This document shows positions 59,602 to 64,000 of a stretch of 64,000 bases of DNA, one piece after another (position 1 is the first letter of the stretch; each line of letters begins with the position of its first letter). Under the pieces are notes generated by a model. That model did no database searches and was not told where the DNA came from. It saw only the letters and a list, made by a program, of their open reading frames with translations. Origin of the DNA: an uncultured delta proteobacterium (GTDB lineage Bacteria > Desulfobacterota > Binatia > UBA9968); contig CAVYTU010000014.1 in assembly GCA_963771465.1 (NCBI GenBank), positions 544,001 through 608,000 of the forward strand, given 5' to 3'. A program made the translations under genes and the position numbers.

Positions 59602-61146
59602 TCAGTTATTGTTAGCTCGCAGTCGGAATCTTTGGATCTTGCCCGTTACCGTTTTCGGCAGGTCATCGACGAATTCGACCCAGCGGGGATATTTGTACGG
59701 TTGCAGTTTACTCTTGACGTGACTTTGTAACTCGACTTTGAGCTCATCACTGGCTTTGTATTCGCTCTTGAGCAGAATATAGGCTTTCGGCTTGAGCAAA
59801 CCGTCGGCGTCTTCCTCAGCCACCACGCCGGATTCCAGCACTGCCGGGTGTTCCATTAAAGTGTTTTCAATTTCAATAGGGGAAACCCACAGGCCGCCGA
59901 CTTTCATCATGTCGTCGGAGCGACCGCAGTACCAGTAGTAGCCTTCGGCGTCGCGATAATAAGTGTCACCGGTCTTAAGCCACTCGCCTTGCATCATTCT
60001 TTTGGTTTGCTCGTGCTTGTTCCAATAATACGGCGCGGTGGCGTCGCCTTTGACCATCAAACTGCCGACTTCACCGATGGGCAATTCGCGGCCGTCGTCG
60101 TCGACGACCTTGGCTTCGAACGCCGGGGTCACTTCACCGCTGCTGCCGGCTTTCGCCCGGCCCGGGCGATTGGCGAGAAAGTCATGGGTCGCTTCGGTGG
60201 AGCCGACGACGTCGAGGAGTTCCAAACCGGTGCGCTCTTTCCATTGGTGAAACAGCGCCGGCGGCAACGGTTCGCCGGAAGAAAGGCAAATGCGCAGTGA
60301 ACTTAAGTCGTATTTCTTCTCGATCCGCAGGAAGCGGGCGAAGAGAGTCGGGACGGAGAAAAAGAAAGTCGGTTTGTACTTGTCGATGACCTGGAGAATC
60401 TTTTCCGGGTCGGGTTTTTCCGGCCACAGCACGGTCGACGCGCCGAAACGAAATGGGAAGTAGAGCGAATTACCCAAGCCGTAGGAAAAAAACATTTTCG
60501 ACGCCGAGAAGCAGAGATCGTTCTCGTTCATGTGCAACACCGGCTCGACGAACAGATCACTGATGGTGATCATGTCGTGCTGCAAATGCACGGCGCCCTT
60601 GGGATTCCCCGTGCTTCCTGAAGTGTAACCCCAGAAGCAGACATCGTCTTTCAGTGTTTTCGCCGCTTCCAGCTTATCCGAGGCTTTGGCGATTAAGTTT
60701 CCATACGATAACGCTTTGCCCTTCGGCGTGCCGACGACGATGACGTGTGTCAAAAATGGCGTCTTGTCCCAGATCTTTTCGATCTCGGGCAAGGCTGTTT
60801 CGTGGACGATGATGGCGCGGGCGCGGCTGTCGTTGATTAAGTATTCGTAATCCTTAGCGAACATCCAAGGATTGGTCGGCACGGCGACGGCGCCAATCTT
60901 GATCGCGCCGAAGAAGCTATAAGCGAATTCCGGTGAGTCGGGCAGAATTACCAGCACGCGCTGCTCGATCTCGATGCCGAGATCTTTCAGTGCATTGCCG
61001 GTTCGATTGACCTTCTCGAAAACTTCTTGGTAGGTGATCTTTTGATCTTGGTAGTAGATCGCGATCTTGCCGCCACGACCCTGTTTGATGTTTTCATCAA
61101 CGAAGGTCGTGGCGGCGTTGTAGATGTCTGGAAGGTCTACTTTCAT
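59602..61146 (-). CDS. Benzoate-CoA ligase family protein
   Basis: YNAA, YTSGSTGNPKG, K.FF.YGLGN, GSTE, TGD, GRSDDMMKVGG.WVSP, PKTVTGKIQRF. Confidence 0.9.
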   Translation of the reverse strand: MKVDLPDIYNAATTFVDENIKQGRGGKIAIYYQDQKITYQEVFEKVNRTGNALKDLGIEIEQRVLVILPDSPEFAYSFFGAIKIGAVAVPTNPWMFAKDYEYLINDSRARAIIVHETALPEIEKIWDKTPFLTHVIVVGTPKGKALSYGNLIAKASDKLEAAKTLKDDVCFWGYTSGSTGNPKGAVHLQHDMITISDLFVEPVLHMNENDLCFSASKMFFSYGLGNSLYFPFRFGASTVLWPEKPDPEKILQVIDKYKPTFFFSVPTLFARFLRIEKKYDLSSLRICLSSGEPLPPALFHQWKERTGLELLDVVGSTEATHDFLANRPGRAKAGSSGEVTPAFEAKVVDDDGRELPIGEVGSLMVKGDATAPYYWNKHEQTKRMMQGEWLKTGDTYYRDAEGYYWYCGRSDDMMKVGGLWVSPIEIENTLMEHPAVLESGVVAEEDADGLLKPKAYILLKSEYKASDELKVELQSHVKSKLQPYKYPRWVEFVDDLPKTVTGKIQRFRLRANNN

Positions 61147-61176
61147 CCGCACATGTAATCTGGAATAGCCGAAGGC

Positions 61177-62646
61177 TTATTCCCCGCCGATAATTTCTCC
61201 CCCGACATCCGTGGCGATGACGACGGATTTCGAATCGGTGTAGTGCTCGATCGCTTCGTCGCCATGTTCTTTGCCCAGACCGCTCTGCTTGACGCCGCCG
61301 AAGGGTAGCTCGTCGTAAATAATCTGCGCCGAGTTGACCCAAGTATAACCAGCTTCGATGTTCTCCGCGCCGTACATGGCGCGGTTGATATCGCGCGTCC
61401 AGATCGACGAGCCGAGACCGAAGATTGAGCTATTGGCGTGCTCGATGGCTTGGTCCAGGGTCTTTACGCGGACGATTGGCAGCGCCGGACCGAACACTTC
61501 TTCCTGGATCATGCGCGAAGCGGGGTCGACGTCAGCGACTATGGTCGGTTGCAAGTAGTACCCTTTGTCGTACTCATCGCCTTTGGGCCGTTGGCCGCCG
61601 AAGACGAGTTTGCCACCACGTTTGACCGCGTCTTCGACCTGCTCTTCGACTTCCTGGCGCTGTTCCTTAGTATGCAATGGACCCATCAGCACACCGGCCT
61701 TGAGGCCGTTGCCGATGCTGATCTTCTTGGCTTTCTCGGCGAGCTTGACGATAAAGTCATCGGCGATGCTGTCGAACAGATAGAGCCGCTTGACCGCCAA
61801 GCAAGCTTGGCCGCAATTGAAAAAGCGGCCCACTGAGGCGGCGCTGACGGCGCGATCGATATCGGCGTCGTCGCAGACAATCATCGGATCGCTACCACCG
61901 AGTTCCAACGTCACATGCTTGAAATCCTTCGCCGCGGACTGCATGACTCGCCGGCCAGTGTCGGTGGCGCCGGTGAAGCCGATTTTTCTCACGGTTGGAT
62001 TGACGAGTAATTCCTCGCCGACCACGCTGCCGGGACCGGAGACGACATTTAATACGCCTTTCGGTCCTCCAGCGTCTTGGATCGCTTTATCGATGATCTC
62101 ACAGGTGCGCAGATCGGTAAGCGGTGTCGTGCCCGCGGGTTTAACCACCACGCAATTTCCCGCCAGCAGCGCTGGACCGAGCTTGTTGCCCATCAGTGAA
62201 ACCGGAAAATTCCACGGCACGATGGAGCCGCAAACCCCGAGCGGTTTACGCAGGACGAGACCGTGTCTCCCTGTGTCGAGCATGACCGCGCTGGTGCGCA
62301 TGGTTTTGGCCATGCCCCCGTAGTGATCGAGCGTGTGCACGAAGCGGCGGATTTCCAAAATCGACTCGCGCATTGGCTTGCCCTGTTCTTTGGTCAGCAA
62401 GGTGGCGAGCTCTTTTTCCTGTTGCAGAATCGTGTGGCCGGCGGCCAACAAAACCGCGCCGCGCTTCGATGGCGCCATGGTGGACCATTTTTTTAACGCG
62501 CCTTGGGCGGCGTCGATGGCGCGGCGGATGTCATTGATGGTGCCTTTGGGGACGCTGTCGACCAGTTCTCCGGTGGCCGGATTGCGGACTTCGGTGGTTT
62601 GGCCGCTTTCGGAATCGACCTGCTCACCGGCAATTAACATCTTCAT
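61177..62646 (-). CDS. NAD(P)-dependent aldehyde dehydrogenase
   Basis: GAGGAGG RBS; PWNFP, FTGAT, LELGG, GQAC, EEVFGP, PFGGVKQSG. Confidence 0.95.
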   Translation of the reverse strand: MKMLIAGEQVDSESGQTTEVRNPATGELVDSVPKGTINDIRRAIDAAQGALKKWSTMAPSKRGAVLLAAGHTILQQEKELATLLTKEQGKPMRESILEIRRFVHTLDHYGGMAKTMRTSAVMLDTGRHGLVLRKPLGVCGSIVPWNFPVSLMGNKLGPALLAGNCVVVKPAGTTPLTDLRTCEIIDKAIQDAGGPKGVLNVVSGPGSVVGEELLVNPTVRKIGFTGATDTGRRVMQSAAKDFKHVTLELGGSDPMIVCDDADIDRAVSAASVGRFFNCGQACLAVKRLYLFDSIADDFIVKLAEKAKKISIGNGLKAGVLMGPLHTKEQRQEVEEQVEDAVKRGGKLVFGGQRPKGDEYDKGYYLQPTIVADVDPASRMIQEEVFGPALPIVRVKTLDQAIEHANSSIFGLGSSIWTRDINRAMYGAENIEAGYTWVNSAQIIYDELPFGGVKQSGLGKEHGDEAIEHYTDSKSVVIATDVGGEIIGGE

Positions 62647-62806
62647 AAGGGTCCTCCTCAAATCTTCTGTGAGACCTAAGAGAAAAATCATGTTCATAGA
62701 TCGAAGTCAACAATTCGCGCCGTTGAATGAGACTGATAGATAGCAACCTTGCTGCTAGCGTTCGTCATGACGGCTGTGATAATGGAAACACAACAAGGGA
62801 GATAAG

Positions 62807-63955
62807 ATGGCACGCAATGGTTTTAAAATCTTCGATGCTGACACTCATGTCAGGCCGGATGCCGACTTATTAATGCCGTACATGGCGGCGGCGGCGCGGG
62901 AAAAGTTGGCGCAGTTTGAAAAATACCAAGCGCGCAACAAGGACGGCGCGGTAACCTATTTAATGGGGGAGCGCAGTTACAAGCGCCGGTTAGGACTCGC
63001 CGGCGACGGCGCGCCCGAGAGCACGGAATATATGAGCGGTTACAAGCGCCACCAGCATGGCAAGCCTAACCCACTCTGCGAGCGCGACGCCGCGGTGCGC
63101 ATCTCGGACATGGAGATTGAAGGCATCGATGTGAACTTGATGCTGCCCTCCGGTTGGTTCGGCTGCTGGACGACGATCGATGATATTGAGCTGGAAACCG
63201 CTGTGTATGAAGCCTATCACCGCTGGATGGCGGATTACTGCGCGGCTTTTCCGAGCCGGCTGAAAGGCGTAATCGCCATCGGCGCGCGAAACGTCGCGGC
63301 TTCACTGGAAGAGTTGCACCGTTGTGCCCAAGAAAATTGGCCGCTCGCCGTTTTCGTCTATGCGCCTTATCAGTTTCCACTGGATCATCCAGACTTGGAG
63401 CCGATCTGGCAAGCAGCGGCAGACTACGATCTGTCGATTGCGCTGCACACATTTACCGTCATGCCGCCCTACGCTCCCGGCGGTTTGGATTCCTGGGACA
63501 ATCTTTGGCTGCAAAGATCGGCGGCCCATCCCTGGTGCGGCCAGCGCAACATGGCATCGATCATCGGCGCCGGCATTATGGACCGCTATCCGAATATTCG
63601 CGTCGGTACTTTGGAAGCGGGCCATGGCTGGTTGCCGGCATGGGTCAATCGGCTCGAAGAACACACCAAGCTTTGTCCGGAGGCGCTGCCGGCGCTCAAA
63701 GAAACCATTCGCGGCTACGTCACCGGCGGACGCTACTTTCAGAGCATCGAAGTCTCCGAAGGCGAAGCGATTACCCAGAGCGTTATCGATCTGCTCGGCC
63801 CGGACATTCTCATGTTTGGCTCCGATTATCCGCACGGCGAAAGTTGGTTTCCAGTCGCCGTCGAAACCGTGCTCGGCTGGAAGCTCAAGGAAGACGACAA
63901 GCGAAAAATCTTTTGGGACAACCCCGTGAAATACTACCGGCGCTATTCGGCATGA
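62807..63955 (+). CDS. Amidohydrolase_2 family protein
   Basis: DADTH, D.EGID, RYP..R...LEAGHGW, GSDYPH.ES. Confidence 0.88.
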   Translation: MARNGFKIFDADTHVRPDADLLMPYMAAAAREKLAQFEKYQARNKDGAVTYLMGERSYKRRLGLAGDGAPESTEYMSGYKRHQHGKPNPLCERDAAVRISDMEIEGIDVNLMLPSGWFGCWTTIDDIELETAVYEAYHRWMADYCAAFPSRLKGVIAIGARNVAASLEELHRCAQENWPLAVFVYAPYQFPLDHPDLEPIWQAAADYDLSIALHTFTVMPPYAPGGLDSWDNLWLQRSAAHPWCGQRNMASIIGAGIMDRYPNIRVGTLEAGHGWLPAWVNRLEEHTKLCPEALPALKETIRGYVTGGRYFQSIEVSEGEAITQSVIDLLGPDILMFGSDYPHGESWFPVAVETVLGWKLKEDDKRKIFWDNPVKYYRRYSA

Positions 63956-64000
63956 AGCCTTCAACCAAACTACGGCAACTACTTCGCCGCAAGAACAAAG
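63952..64000 (+). CDS. 5' fragment of next gene (possibly ICL/PEP-mutase family)
   Basis: ATGA overlap with the amidohydrolase stop; MKPSTKLRQLLRRKNK. Confidence 0.4.
   Translation, partial: MKPSTKLRQLLRRKNK

Overview
Core-chromosome window from a GC-rich deltaproteobacterium-like organism. The abundance of amidohydrolases, cupins and orphan NitT/TauT binding proteins suggests Ca. Binatia, but this is inference only. The window contains the replication origin (hemL <- oriC1 -> dnaA - oriC2 with DnaA-trios - dnaN), a stand-alone F0 ATP synthase operon, grpE-dnaK-dnaJ-lon-thiL-larB, recO-ppdK, and a TPP-riboswitch thiSGE operon ending in tRNA-Thr(CGU). It also has a type IV pilus locus (pilB-pilC-regulator-pilA) with an adjacent GT-C glycosylation cluster, LPS-related genes, and several aromatic/heterocycle catabolic genes. 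Two candidates for undescribed systems stand out. (1) A single-polypeptide PilS(membrane+PAS)-PilR(AAA+/HTH) fusion with no kinase or receiver domain, i.e. a putative one-component, membrane-tethered sigma54 activator next to a sigma54 promoter for pilA. (2) A MarR-controlled operon (CCG Fe-S oxidoreductase, nucleoside phosphorylase, MtnA/R15Pi-like isomerase) in which both sugar-handling enzymes have remodelled sugar-binding motifs, suggesting catabolism of a non-standard nucleoside. Three +1 frameshifts at 42.4-45.3 kb look like sequencing errors. No CRISPR array, rRNA, integrase or transposase was seen. All product calls come from motif recognition by eye; no database searches were run.
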